Assembly: GCA_039028615.1 (NCBI GenBank)
Contig: JBCCHT010000014.1
Span: forward strand, 160,001-224,000
DNA from: Myxococcota bacterium
Lineage (GTDB): Bacteria; Myxococcota_A; Polyangia; Nannocystales; Nannocystaceae
Direction: 5' to 3'
Length of the DNA: 64,000 nucleotides
Shown: piece after piece, positions 43,814 through 53,711 of the stretch
Numbering within the stretch: position 1 is the first letter of the stretch
Layout: each line of letters starts with the position of its first letter
Notes under the pieces: generated by a model
The model's database searches: none
What the model was told of the DNA's origin: nothing
What the model saw: only the letters and a program-made list of their open reading frames with translations
Position numbers and translations under genes: made by a program

Positions 43814-45336
43814 GTGCCCTTCCCCTTGGCCATGGCGATGGCTCGAAGCACCGCGGCGGCCTTGTTGCGACACTCGGTGTCCTCGGTCTCGGGATCGGAG
43901 TCGAAGACGATGCCCGCCCCCGCCTGCACGCGATAGCGATCGGGCAGGGCCAGCGCACTGCGGATGCAGATGGCAAAGTCGGCGCCGCCGTCGAAGCTCA
44001 CGTAGCCCACCGCGCCGCCATACCAGCCTCGCTCGGCCGGTTCGAGCGCGTCGATGATTTCCAGCGCCCGCACCTTCGGAGCGCCGCTGAGCGTGCCCTG
44101 CGGAAACGTCGCTCGCAGTGCGTCCATCGCGTCGAGGCCGGGCGCCAGCGTGCCCGTGACCTCGGAGACGATGTGCATAACCTGGCTGTAGCGCTCGATG
44201 GCGAAGCTGTCGCCCATCTTCACCGTGCCGCCCACCGCCACCCGGCCGACGTCGTTGCGGCCGAGATCGATGAGCATGAGGTGCTCGGCGCGTTCCTTGG
44301 GATCGGCGAGCAGCTCTTTTTCCAGCGCGAGGTCTTCGTCTTCGGTGCGACCGCGCGGGCGGGTGCCGGCGATCGGCCGCACCGTGATTCGTCGGGTCTC
44401 GCGATCGAAGCGCACCAGGACCTCGGGCGACGCCCCGGCCAGCCCGGCCGTGCTCAGCTCGAGCAGCACCATGTACGGCGCCGGGTTGGTCATGCGCAGG
44501 ATTCGATAGACATCGAGCACATCGGTGTCGCCCCGCGGGACCTCGAAGCCCTGCGCGAGCACGACCTGAAAGACGTCGCCCGCGACCACGTGCTCCTTGG
44601 CCTTGCGCACCGAGGCGAGATAGCCATCGCGGGTCCAGGGAGCCGCGGGCTCGCAGGCAAAATCGACCCCTTCGTCGGGCTCGAGCGGACCGAGCTTGGG
44701 CGGCGCCTCGAACAGCGCCTTGCGTACCCGAGCCAGCCGCTCGCAGGCCGCGTCGTAGGCCGCCTCGGCCCCGCCGTCGTCTTCGGCGTGCGTGCCCGTC
44801 ACCAGCCGCACCCGCTGGGTCAGCGTGTCGAACACCACCACCGTGTCGGTGACGATGAGATCGACTGCGGCAACCCCGGAGGGCGTGCGCCCCGAGGGCG
44901 GCGGCAGATGCTCGAAGCACCGCACGAGATCGTGTCCCCATGCGCCTACGAGTCCACCCCACAGCGGCGGTTGGTCGGGGTGGACCGCCGCTCGGTAGTG
45001 CTCGAAGACGCGGCGGAGACACTCGATCCCCTGCCCTTTTCGCAGCGACTCGGGCACGTGGAAGCCTTCGCCCGCGGTGACCTCGACCTGAAGGGATCCT
45101 TCCTGCCAGCGCCCGACCACGCGCGCGCGCGCGCCGACCATCACGAAGCTGTAGCGGGCCCAGCGCTCACCACCGACCACGCTCTCGAGCAAACCAGACG
45201 CTCCGTGGGCCCGCAGACGGGCAAACGCGGCAACGGGGGTCTCGCCATCGTCGAGCACCTCGCACCACACGGGTTGAACCGGAGGACCTTCGAGGGTCTG
45301 CGCCACGAAGGCCTCGCGGGTGGGACACACCTGCAC
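43810..45336 (-). CDS. trpE: Anthranilate synthase component I
   Basis: LLESVVGGERWARYSF, GDVFQVVL, NPAPYM, GASPE, PIAGTRPRG, EHLMLIDLGRND, GTLSGAPK, YGGAVGY, QAGAGIV. Start uncertain: GTG 45336 preferred, frame open to 45405. Confidence 0.95.
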   Translation of the reverse strand: MQVCPTREAFVAQTLEGPPVQPVWCEVLDDGETPVAAFARLRAHGASGLLESVVGGERWARYSFVMVGARARVVGRWQEGSLQVEVTAGEGFHVPESLRKGQGIECLRRVFEHYRAAVHPDQPPLWGGLVGAWGHDLVRCFEHLPPPSGRTPSGVAAVDLIVTDTVVVFDTLTQRVRLVTGTHAEDDGGAEAAYDAACERLARVRKALFEAPPKLGPLEPDEGVDFACEPAAPWTRDGYLASVRKAKEHVVAGDVFQVVLAQGFEVPRGDTDVLDVYRILRMTNPAPYMVLLELSTAGLAGASPEVLVRFDRETRRITVRPIAGTRPRGRTEDEDLALEKELLADPKERAEHLMLIDLGRNDVGRVAVGGTVKMGDSFAIERYSQVMHIVSEVTGTLAPGLDAMDALRATFPQGTLSGAPKVRALEIIDALEPAERGWYGGAVGYVSFDGGADFAICIRSALALPDRYRVQAGAGIVFDSDPETEDTECRNKAAAVLRAIAMAKGKGT

Positions 45337-45349
45337 GGCGAGGATGGTA
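45337..45349 (-). promoter_or_regulatory. Putative -10 element (TACCAT) 7 nt before the trpE GTG, leaderless-type
   Basis: Minus strand reads TACCAT-CCTCGCC-GTG with no Shine-Dalgarno. Confidence 0.45.
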
Positions 45350-45475
45350 GCGAAAGCCGGCACGCACGGCGCCCCGGTCGGCGACATTTTGCCGCCTTTC
45401 GCCACGTAGGGCGCACCCCGCCCCCGCGTCTACTTTGGTTTGACATCGCGTGGCTGCCCCGCCACAACAGCGGTC

Positions 45476-46759
45476 ATGAGCGACGCGCAACGCGATCCAG
45501 CGCTTTGTGACACTGACCCCGAGGTTTTTCGCCTGATTCGCGGTGAAGACCGACGTCAGCGCGAGAGCCTTCGGCTCATTGCGAGCGAGAACTACGCCTC
45601 GCGAGCGGTGCTCGAAGCCACCGCGGCCAGCCTCACCAACAAGTACGCCGAGGGCTACCCCGGCCGTCGCTACTACGAGGGCATGGCCTTCATCGACCCG
45701 CTCGAGGCCTTGGCCATCGATCGGGCGAAGAAGCTGTTCGGGTGCGAGCACGCGAACGTGCAGCCCTATAGTGGCTCGCCGGCCAACCTCGCGGTGCTGC
45801 TCGCCCTGTGCTCGCCGGGCGACACCATCATGGGTCTGTCGCTGCCCGCGGGCGGCCACCTCACCCACGGGTGGAAGGTCAGCGCGACCGGCATCTACTA
45901 CAACGCCGTGCAGTACGGCGTGCGCGAGACGGACCACCTCATCGATTTCGATCAGGTGCGCAGCCTCGCCAAGGAGCACCAGCCCAAGCTCATCTGGTGC
46001 GGGCACTCGGCCTACCCGCGGACCCTCGACTTCGCCGCCTTCGCGGAGATCGCCAACGAGGTCGGAGCCCACCTGGTGGCCGACATCGCCCACATCGCGG
46101 GGCTCGTCGCTGGCGGGGCGCACCCGAGCCCCGTGCCGCACTGCGCCGCGGTGACCACCACGACCCACAAGACCCTCCGGGGACCGCGGGGCGGGCTCAT
46201 CATGTCGCGCCAAGACCACGCCAAGGCGATCGACAAGGCGGTGTTCCCCGGGCTACAGGGCGGGCCGCACAACCACAGCACCGCCGCCAAGGCGGTCGCG
46301 TTCGCCGAAGCCTCCACCAAGGAGTTCTCGGCCTACGCCCACGCGGTGGTCGCCAACGCCAAGGCCCTCGCCGAGCAGCTCATCGCCCGCGGCCACGAGC
46401 TCATCACGGGCGGCACCGACAACCACCTCATGCTGGTCGACCTGACCAAGCACGGCATCTCGGGACGCAAGGCGGGCATCGCCCTCAACCGCTGCGGCAT
46501 CGAGCTCAACGGCAACTCGATTCCCTTCGATCCGCGCAAGCCCTTCGACCCCTCGGGCATTCGCATCGGCCTCGCCTCGCTCACCTCGCGCGGCCTGGCC
46601 ACCGAGCACATGGACAAGGTGGCCGAGTTCATCGATCGCGGGGTTCGGGGCGCCGCCGAAAAAGACGGCGAGCCCGACGACGCGTTCTGCAGCGGGCTGT
46701 CGGCCGAGGTGGCCGAGTTCCTCAAGGCCTTCCCCGCTCCGGGGCTCGGCGAGGCATGA
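45476..46759 (+). CDS. glyA: Serine hydroxymethyltransferase
   Basis: LIASENY, NKYAEGYPGRRYY, NVQPYSGSPAN, GGHLTHG, TTTTHKTLRGPRGG, VFPGLQGGP, GGTDNHL, SGIRIG. Confidence 0.98.
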   Translation: MSDAQRDPALCDTDPEVFRLIRGEDRRQRESLRLIASENYASRAVLEATAASLTNKYAEGYPGRRYYEGMAFIDPLEALAIDRAKKLFGCEHANVQPYSGSPANLAVLLALCSPGDTIMGLSLPAGGHLTHGWKVSATGIYYNAVQYGVRETDHLIDFDQVRSLAKEHQPKLIWCGHSAYPRTLDFAAFAEIANEVGAHLVADIAHIAGLVAGGAHPSPVPHCAAVTTTTHKTLRGPRGGLIMSRQDHAKAIDKAVFPGLQGGPHNHSTAAKAVAFAEASTKEFSAYAHAVVANAKALAEQLIARGHELITGGTDNHLMLVDLTKHGISGRKAGIALNRCGIELNGNSIPFDPRKPFDPSGIRIGLASLTSRGLATEHMDKVAEFIDRGVRGAAEKDGEPDDAFCSGLSAEVAEFLKAFPAPGLGEA

Positions 46760-48438
46760 GACGCCCGGCGGCGTGGCGTTGGGGGGCAGCCCTGCTGATG
46801 GCAGGGCTCACGGTGGGGTGCCCAGACCCTCCCAAGGACCCCCCGCCCGCCGCCGAAGACAAGCCCTCCGAGTCGGGCACCACCCCCTTCGACGAGCGCG
46901 ACGGGTTCGTCCGCGACGCGCACGTCAAAGCCCTGGGCGCCTTGCGCACCGAGGCCCTGCCCGCGCTGCGGCTCATCGATCCCGTCGCCGCCGCCCAGGC
47001 CGAGGACACCCCGCTGCGACCGCCCGACTTCGGGCCCGCGCTGCGCGTCCCGCTGCGCAAGCCGCTGGAGAGTGCGCGACGTGAGGCGGCCGGCATCGAT
47101 CACAGCTGGCTGCCGCCCGAAGACGGCGTGGTGCTGCGAACGATGCAGACCGGCCTGACCCAGGGCTTCCAACAAATCGGCCGGCCCATGTGGCGCGACG
47201 ATCCCAGCGCGGTGCTCTACACCCTGGGTCCGTATCTCGACGCACTGTTCCGCGATGCCGCGGCGGGCAAGTGCGACGAAGGCTGTGGCATCGAAGCGCT
47301 CGCGTCTTCGCTGGAAGCGGGCTTCAACGCGGTGGGCTCCGCCAGCCTGTCCACCACGCAAACGGCTCATGGCGAACTTCATGCGCTGCGGGTGCGTCTG
47401 CAGAGTCTCGCCCGTGGCCCCGGGCCCGACGACACGCGAGCACCCACCCATCCGCTGGCCCGGGCGCAGGAAGAACTCCGCGCAGCCATCGCTCGCATCG
47501 ATGCCAACCTGGCCAAGGCCGAGGCCACACTGCCCACCGCCGAGGAAGTGCCGTGGTCGTCGGTGCTGCCCCGTGCGGACGCGGACGCGTGGAAACGCCG
47601 CCCCGAGTCGTGGGGCGCCGACCGCCTGCGCGAGTGGCTGACCATCCACGAGGCCTACGGTCACGATGCCCAAGAGCTCTTCGAGCGTGCGTTGGCCACG
47701 GTGGCCCGACTCGAGGCGATACGGGACCGGGACGCGGGCGCGCCCGACGAGAGCCCACCGCTGGCCCGCCCCTTCGACACGGCCGCGTGCGAGCAGGCCT
47801 TTGCTCCCATCGACGCATGGGCCAAGGCCCAGCCCACCCACCTGCAGGTGGCGCTCGACTGCGAGGCCATCGTGCGCGAGCTCGGGCCCGAGCCCCGCAG
47901 CGACGCGGAGCTGCTGCTCGCGATCATCGATCGGGCGATCATCGATCCGACGCGACTGGCCCAGATCAAAGCCACTGGGGTCGACATCGCGCTCGTGCGG
48001 GGCCGCGCCGCGGCTGTGGCCCAGCGCTCGACCCTACAGGTGGCGGTTGCTGCCGCCACGAAGCACCGCGCGGCCGAGCTGCTGGCGCTGTCGCGGGCGC
48101 ACCAGCGAATCTGCGAGGCCGCCTCCGCCCTGTGGGTGCACGCGCAGCTCGGCTCCACCGAGGACCTGGGGACCAAGCTCGCGCCGTACGATTGCGGCGC
48201 TCCGACGGACCTGGTCGCCGTGGCCAAGGCCAATCCGCTGGCCGCGCTCGAAGGCCTCGGCATGATGCTGCTGGGCCTGGGCCCCGCCGACGCCGCCGCC
48301 CTCGATCGCTACTGGTGGGCGCCGATGGGCCTCGTGCGCGACCTGGCCATACCGCCCGCCCCCAAGGTCGATGTGCCGCCCAACATGCGGGTGGAAGAGC
48401 TGACGCCCGAATCGATCCAAAAGGGCGCCGAGGGCTGA
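46756..48438 (+). CDS. Hypothetical helical lipoprotein
   Basis: ATGA overlap with glyA; MRRPAAWRWGAALLMAGLTVGC lipobox; about 560 aa, mostly helical. Confidence 0.75.
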   Translation: MRRPAAWRWGAALLMAGLTVGCPDPPKDPPPAAEDKPSESGTTPFDERDGFVRDAHVKALGALRTEALPALRLIDPVAAAQAEDTPLRPPDFGPALRVPLRKPLESARREAAGIDHSWLPPEDGVVLRTMQTGLTQGFQQIGRPMWRDDPSAVLYTLGPYLDALFRDAAAGKCDEGCGIEALASSLEAGFNAVGSASLSTTQTAHGELHALRVRLQSLARGPGPDDTRAPTHPLARAQEELRAAIARIDANLAKAEATLPTAEEVPWSSVLPRADADAWKRRPESWGADRLREWLTIHEAYGHDAQELFERALATVARLEAIRDRDAGAPDESPPLARPFDTAACEQAFAPIDAWAKAQPTHLQVALDCEAIVRELGPEPRSDAELLLAIIDRAIIDPTRLAQIKATGVDIALVRGRAAAVAQRSTLQVAVAAATKHRAAELLALSRAHQRICEAASALWVHAQLGSTEDLGTKLAPYDCGAPTDLVAVAKANPLAALEGLGMMLLGLGPADAAALDRYWWAPMGLVRDLAIPPAPKVDVPPNMRVEELTPESIQKGAEG

Positions 48439-48513
48439 GGCCTGTTCTCGAAAAATCCGTCCCTCGGGTGACCGACGCGTGATCGTTGGGCCCGCGGGGG
48501 GCACTACCGGTCG

Positions 48514-49008
48514 ATGAAACTACGAACCTTGGCCTTGCTGTCCGCCGTGCCGCTATTGGGCGCGCTCGCCTGCGAGCAGGTGTTGTCGTGCACCGACGCC
48601 GGCTGCGGCACGCTGCTATCCATATCGATCGAAGGCCCCGCGCGGGACTTGGCGGCCGCCGTCTATGACCTCGAGCTCATCGTCGACGGCGAGACCCTCG
48701 ACGCCAGCTGCGAGCTCGTCGATGGCGACTTCGCCTGCGATCCCTTCGACAACCCGAACCCCACCGGGCTGCGAGCCGAGGGCGTCCGGGGCGAAAACGA
48801 CGCTCGCTTCATCCTGATCCGCACCTCCTTCGACGACCACGAAGAGGACGAGCGCCCGAGCACCCTGCAGCTTTCGGTGTGGCGCGACGGCGACCTCGTG
48901 GCCGAGCGCATGCTCGAGCCCACCTATGAGACCTACTATCCCAACGGCGAACAGTGCGGCCCCGAGTGCGAGCGCACCGAGGAGCTGATGCCGGTCGTCG
49001 TCCCCTGA
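48514..49008 (+). CDS. Hypothetical lipoprotein
   Basis: LLGALAC lipobox; CTDAGC near the N-terminus and PTYETYYPNGEQCGPEC near the C-terminus. Confidence 0.75.
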   Translation: MKLRTLALLSAVPLLGALACEQVLSCTDAGCGTLLSISIEGPARDLAAAVYDLELIVDGETLDASCELVDGDFACDPFDNPNPTGLRAEGVRGENDARFILIRTSFDDHEEDERPSTLQLSVWRDGDLVAERMLEPTYETYYPNGEQCGPECERTEELMPVVVP

Positions 49009-49101
49009 ATCGCCGCTACGGGCCCGAACGCGGGCGTCTGGGACCGTCGGGCCGCCGCCGTCGAGCATGCCGACGCTCAGTTCGGGCATACTGCGACCGC
49101 C

Positions 49102-50928
49102 ATGCGTCCGCCTCCGTCCGAACTCGGCGTGCTCGACGACTCCGAGCGAGCACGCCTGGCCGCTGGCGAGCACGAGAGCCTGGCCACCGCACTGTCCGAG
49201 CAAGGCCGCAACGGCCTCGCGGGCTGGGTTCGGGAGCAGATCTGGGACTTCGAGGGCGCGGGCGCGGACTACCGCAAGGCCGAGCGATGGGTCGATGCCC
49301 TGCGCATGGCTCTCGAAGCGGGCGTCGCTCCGGCTCTCGATGCCCTGCTGCGCGACATCGAAGGCGCCCCCGAAGCCGAGTTCGAAGCGGCGGTGGCCCT
49401 GCTTCGCAAGCGGCGTCGCGACATGGAAGTGGCGCGGCTTCTGGCGAGCCGAGAAGCACCCCCCGAAGACCAGGCCGATGCGCTGCTGCGGGCGGGCAAC
49501 CGACTGGGCGCGGCCCAGGCCCTGGCCGAAGGCGGCCGCCCCCGCGATGCCCTCGAGGCCCTGGCGCTCGGCGAACGAGACGGCACCGCCGAGGCGCTGG
49601 CCCTGGCCGCCCGGCTGTCGTGGGACCTGGGAGACGCTGAAGGAGCCGCTCGCCACGCCCAAGCCGCCCTGCACGCGGGCCTTCGCTCGCAGGAGCTGGC
49701 CGCTCTGCTCGCGCGTGCCCTGGGCTCGTTGGGCCATGACCTCGCCGCGCAGCTGGTGCTGCAGCGCCATGGCGCCCGGCCGAGCGACGATGCGGTGCCG
49801 GGCCGCTACCGCGTGACCGGGCTGCTCACCGCCATCCTCGCGGGCGCGGCCTATGTGGGCGTCGACCGGCTGACCTTGCAGGAGGTCGAAATCCACCTGC
49901 TGCTCGCCGATCAACCGGAGCCCATCGACCCGCGCATCGCCACCGCGATCGATCGGTTCATCGCCACCGCCCAGGCCGCGTCCGAAGTGGGGCACCCCGC
50001 CATTCGTCCCGTGCTGCGCACCGAGCCCGAGGCCGGCCTGCTGGTGCTGGCGCGGGCCGAGGCGCCGCCGCTGCGCGAGCTCATCCACCCTCCTGGACTC
50101 CGCGAGATTGCGCCCCGGGCCCGCGCCCTCGTGGCGTTCTTGCTCGAAGGCCTCGCCGCCGCGCACGACCGGGGCTTGGTGCACGGCTCCATCTTGCCCA
50201 GCCTGGTCGTGACCGATGCTCTCGGCCGCCCGCAGCTGGGCCCCTTCGGTGCGCACAACCTGGCTGGCTTGGCCGCGACCCACACCGGGGCCCTCGAGGA
50301 GCTCATGCTGATGACCGCGCCCGAGCTGCGCCGCGGCGGAGCCCCCCATGCCGCCAGCGACATCTATGCGGTGGGCATGCTGCTGCACGCGATGCTCGTG
50401 GGGAAGCTGGAGGCACCGGGCAACGACGAGCTGCTGGGAGACATCGAGCGCGACCTCATCGCGGAGATGACCGCCGAAGACCCCGCCGCTCGTCCGCCCG
50501 CCCGCGAGCTGCTCAGCCGACTCCGCGCCCCGGTGGCCGACCTGCGCACGCTCAGCGGGCAAACGGGAGCCTCCGCCTCGCGCTCTACCACCGAGGGGCT
50601 CGTGCGCATGCAGGCGGGCGTCGAGATCGAGGCCGCCGACAGCTGGGCCCCCGAGGAGCTCGACGCCCTGTGTGCCGCCGAGAACCCGTGGCTCCAGTCG
50701 ATCCTCGACCGCTACGACCGCACGCTGGTGCTCGCCCCCTGGCCTGAGGACGCCCGCGTGCTCGACGAGACGGTGGCCGGCTGGCGCGGCCTCGTGCCCG
50801 TGCCTGCCCTGGCCTTCGAAGACCCTCTGCGCCGAGCCATCGAGTCCCGCCTCCGCCCCTCGTCCGTGGTGGTCGTGGGGGCCTCCGGCTCGCGCATGCT
50901 GGCCCTCGACGATCTGCTGTCACGCTGA
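49102..50928 (+). CDS. TPR-like repeat protein with a degenerate Ser/Thr kinase domain (pseudokinase)
   Basis: Helical repeats at the N-terminus; GRYRV, HPAI, LEGLAAAHDRGLVHGSI, LGPFG, TAPE, SDIYAVG, DPAARP. Confidence 0.75.
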   Translation: MRPPPSELGVLDDSERARLAAGEHESLATALSEQGRNGLAGWVREQIWDFEGAGADYRKAERWVDALRMALEAGVAPALDALLRDIEGAPEAEFEAAVALLRKRRRDMEVARLLASREAPPEDQADALLRAGNRLGAAQALAEGGRPRDALEALALGERDGTAEALALAARLSWDLGDAEGAARHAQAALHAGLRSQELAALLARALGSLGHDLAAQLVLQRHGARPSDDAVPGRYRVTGLLTAILAGAAYVGVDRLTLQEVEIHLLLADQPEPIDPRIATAIDRFIATAQAASEVGHPAIRPVLRTEPEAGLLVLARAEAPPLRELIHPPGLREIAPRARALVAFLLEGLAAAHDRGLVHGSILPSLVVTDALGRPQLGPFGAHNLAGLAATHTGALEELMLMTAPELRRGGAPHAASDIYAVGMLLHAMLVGKLEAPGNDELLGDIERDLIAEMTAEDPAARPPARELLSRLRAPVADLRTLSGQTGASASRSTTEGLVRMQAGVEIEAADSWAPEELDALCAAENPWLQSILDRYDRTLVLAPWPEDARVLDETVAGWRGLVPVPALAFEDPLRRAIESRLRPSSVVVVGASGSRMLALDDLLSR

Positions 50929-50942
50929 CCCGGCGGGCGACC

Positions 50943-52727
50943 ATGACCGACGCTCCCTCCTCGCCGCCCGCCTGGCAACAGCGACTGCCCGTCGCCGGGC
51001 TGGCCCTGTTGCTGCTCGGCCTGGCGGCGATGGCCATCCCCGATCACATCCAGGCGGGCGACGCGGGGGAGTTCGCCACCGTCATGCTCGAAGGCGGCGT
51101 CCCCCACCCCTCCGGCTACCCGTGGATGCGCCTTTTGGGGTGGCCGGCCCGAGCCCTCGCCGCCCTCGGCATGCCGCCCACGCGCGCCGCCGCCTGGCCC
51201 TGTGCCCTGGCGGGCGTGGCCGCGTGGCTGCTGCTGTGGCCGGTCGTCGCTCGCTGGTCGAGCCGTGGAGCGGCCACCGTCTCCATCGCCGTGCTCGCCA
51301 CCGCTTCGCCCGTACTGCTGCACGTCAACGACAGCGAGGTCTGGGGCCTGCACCTGCTCGGCTGCGCCGCGATCATCCGCGTGGCCTGCCGCGAGGACGT
51401 ACGACCGTGGCAGCTCGGGCTCGTGTTCGGCCTCGCGGTCAGCCATCACCTCAGCGCCGTGCTCATGCTGCCGCTGGTGGTGGGCGCCGCCCTGCCCCGC
51501 CCCTTCGGCGGGCGCGCGCTGCTGTTGGCCGGAGCCCAGGGCGTGGCTTCCGGGGTCGCAGGCCTGTTGCCCTACGCCACCTTGATGCTCGGCTCCGGCG
51601 GGCCGTGGCGCTGGGGTGACACGGCGTCGGCGAGCGGCCTCGTCCATCACGTCTCGCGGGCGGACTACGGCGTCTTCCAGCTCAGCCTGCACGAAGAGAC
51701 CCCCGCGGTGTGGTCGCAGTGGACCCGCGTGTTCGAGACGGTGGGCAATGCGGTCAGCGGCGGTCTCGCCAGCGGCGTCTGGGTCTCGCTGGCGCTCCTG
51801 GTGGTCGTCGCCGTGCTGGCGATCCGACGCCCGGCCAACGCCCGCCCCGCGGTGTGGTGGGGGCTGTGGGGCTCGCTCGCCGCCAGCACCCTGGCCTTTC
51901 CCGCCGCGCACAACATCGATCCCACGAGCCCCTTCGGGGCGTGGATCCTCGAGCGCTTCGACCTGCTGACGATCCTGCTGTGGTCGGTGCCCTGGGCCGT
52001 GGCCGTGTCACGAATAGCCGAGCGCCTGGATCACCGGGCGTCCCGCATCGTGCTCGTCGTCGCGGCCGTCGTCCTGCTCGCGACCCAAGTCGCCCGCAGC
52101 GTCGCCCGGGGCCTGCCCTCGAGCGACGCCGGGGTCGAGCGCTACGCCACCGACCTGCTGAAGACCCCCGCCCCCGGACAGCGAGCGTTGATCTTCGGCA
52201 CCGACGACCACCGCATCTTCCCGATCTTGTTCGCCCAGCACGTGCGTGGCGTCGGCGAAGACGTGCTGTACATCGACGCTTCGTTGCTCTCGCAGCGGTG
52301 GTACCGCGAGCATCTTCGCGCTCGCTGGCCACAGCTGCCCGAAGTCGAGATGCCGCTGAAGATGATGGGCGCGCTCTGGAGCAACCCGCAGACTCGCGAC
52401 ACACCCATCTACTTGGCCAACATGTTTTCGCGCCCCGCGACCCAACTGCCCATCGTTCCGCAGGGTGTGTTGTGGCGCGTCGTCCCCCCGGGCTCGCCCC
52501 CCATAACGCCACAAGCGGTCGTGGAGGAGCATTTGGCGGCCATCGAGCGCTACGGCCCGCCTCCGGTCGCGGAACGGTCCGACGCGCACCCGTGGACCCA
52601 GGACCTCTACGCCGCCTACAATGAGGGAACCCGGCGGCTGCTGGCCGCCTTACACGCCGAGGGACGCGAGGCAGATGCCCGCGCGCTGCTCGACGATCTG
52701 GGCCCATGGGCACCCCCCCCTCGATGA
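50943..52727 (+). CDS. DUF2723 / TMEM260-like membrane glycosyltransferase (GT-C type)
   Basis: GDAGEF...GVPHPSGYP motif, SEVWGL, GLAVSHH, WGD...HHVSRADYG, multiple transmembrane segments, GTDD...FPILFAQHV. Confidence 0.8.
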   Translation: MTDAPSSPPAWQQRLPVAGLALLLLGLAAMAIPDHIQAGDAGEFATVMLEGGVPHPSGYPWMRLLGWPARALAALGMPPTRAAAWPCALAGVAAWLLLWPVVARWSSRGAATVSIAVLATASPVLLHVNDSEVWGLHLLGCAAIIRVACREDVRPWQLGLVFGLAVSHHLSAVLMLPLVVGAALPRPFGGRALLLAGAQGVASGVAGLLPYATLMLGSGGPWRWGDTASASGLVHHVSRADYGVFQLSLHEETPAVWSQWTRVFETVGNAVSGGLASGVWVSLALLVVVAVLAIRRPANARPAVWWGLWGSLAASTLAFPAAHNIDPTSPFGAWILERFDLLTILLWSVPWAVAVSRIAERLDHRASRIVLVVAAVVLLATQVARSVARGLPSSDAGVERYATDLLKTPAPGQRALIFGTDDHRIFPILFAQHVRGVGEDVLYIDASLLSQRWYREHLRARWPQLPEVEMPLKMMGALWSNPQTRDTPIYLANMFSRPATQLPIVPQGVLWRVVPPGSPPITPQAVVEEHLAAIERYGPPPVAERSDAHPWTQDLYAAYNEGTRRLLAALHAEGREADARALLDDLGPWAPPPR

Positions 52728-53572
52728 CCGCACTGCAAGCGGAGCTGGACTTCATCCTCGACCTGGCCAACGACTGCGCCGAGGTCTCGATGCATTATTG
52801 GCGTCGAGGGATCAAAGTCCTCGGGCTGCGGGAAAAGCCGATGGGCGGCGGGTCCATCACCGTGGCCGACACGGAGATCAACGATCGCATCGTCGCCGCC
52901 CTGCGCTCGCGATTCCCCGACGACGGGGTCTTGGCCGAGGAGAGCGCCGACGACGGGCAATGGCGCGGCCGCCCCCGCTGCTGGTACGTCGACCCCATCG
53001 ACGGCACCCGCGAGTTCGCCCTCGGACGGCCCTTCTGGACGATCCAGATCGGCCTGTGCGTCGCTGGGACCCCCACCCTGGGCGTCGTGTTCGAGCCCGC
53101 CTCGGGCCATCGCAGCTGGGCCGTGCACTCCGACGCGCTGCGCGTCGCTCGACACATCGGACCCGACGGCGACGAGACCGACCTGACCCCCGAGACCGCC
53201 CCCCTCGAGGACATTCGCCTGATCGGCGGCTACCTGTTTCCCGGCTGTCGGCAGCTGGCGATCCGCAAGGCGCTGGACGTCGAGCCCGAGCGAGCCAAGG
53301 CCGTCGGCAGCGTGGGCGTGCGCGTGGCTTCCGTGGCGCGGGGCGACGCCCATCTTTACGTCCAGGCGCCGGGGCACACGAAGATGTGGGACACCTGCGC
53401 TCCCGCTGCGCTCGTGCTCGCGGCGGGAGGACGGATCACCGATCTCCGCGGGCAGCCGCTGGACTACGACGCCGAGGCAGTCACCCATCCCTGCGGTGTC
53501 CTCGCCAGCCAGGGCGGACTCCACGACGAGATCGTGCGGCGCATCGACCCCTTGCTCGAAGACTGGCGCTGA
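52724..53572 (+). CDS. Inositol monophosphatase family protein (CysQ-like 3'(2'),5'-bisphosphate nucleotidase)
   Basis: TVAD, LAEES, WYVDPIDGTREF, GSVG, WDTCAP...AGG. Confidence 0.88.
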   Translation: MTALQAELDFILDLANDCAEVSMHYWRRGIKVLGLREKPMGGGSITVADTEINDRIVAALRSRFPDDGVLAEESADDGQWRGRPRCWYVDPIDGTREFALGRPFWTIQIGLCVAGTPTLGVVFEPASGHRSWAVHSDALRVARHIGPDGDETDLTPETAPLEDIRLIGGYLFPGCRQLAIRKALDVEPERAKAVGSVGVRVASVARGDAHLYVQAPGHTKMWDTCAPAALVLAAGGRITDLRGQPLDYDAEAVTHPCGVLASQGGLHDEIVRRIDPLLEDWR

Positions 53573-53711
53573 GCCCCCGCCTCGCCCGGGTGAGCCGCAA
53601 CATCGGCGCTCGGAGGGCATGTTCGACGTTCCACGCGGCTGCCGCGTCTTTTCCGCCCCATCTCGAATCAATTTACTTGCCTAGGCAAGCACCTCCTCTC
53701 AGACTCACCGC

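Noticed and set aside
43814..45022. Apparent long N-terminal extension of TrpG (625-aa ORF)
   Set aside because: Off-frame over trpE. trpE and trpG are separate genes with an ATGA overlap.
45337..45475. trp attenuator or leader peptide upstream of trpE
   Set aside because: No short Trp-rich ORF or terminator/antiterminator pair is evident in this 139-bp divergent region.
45808..46755. N-terminal extension of the 876-aa ORF
   Set aside because: Off-frame over glyA. The real gene starts at ATG 46756 with a lipoprotein signal.
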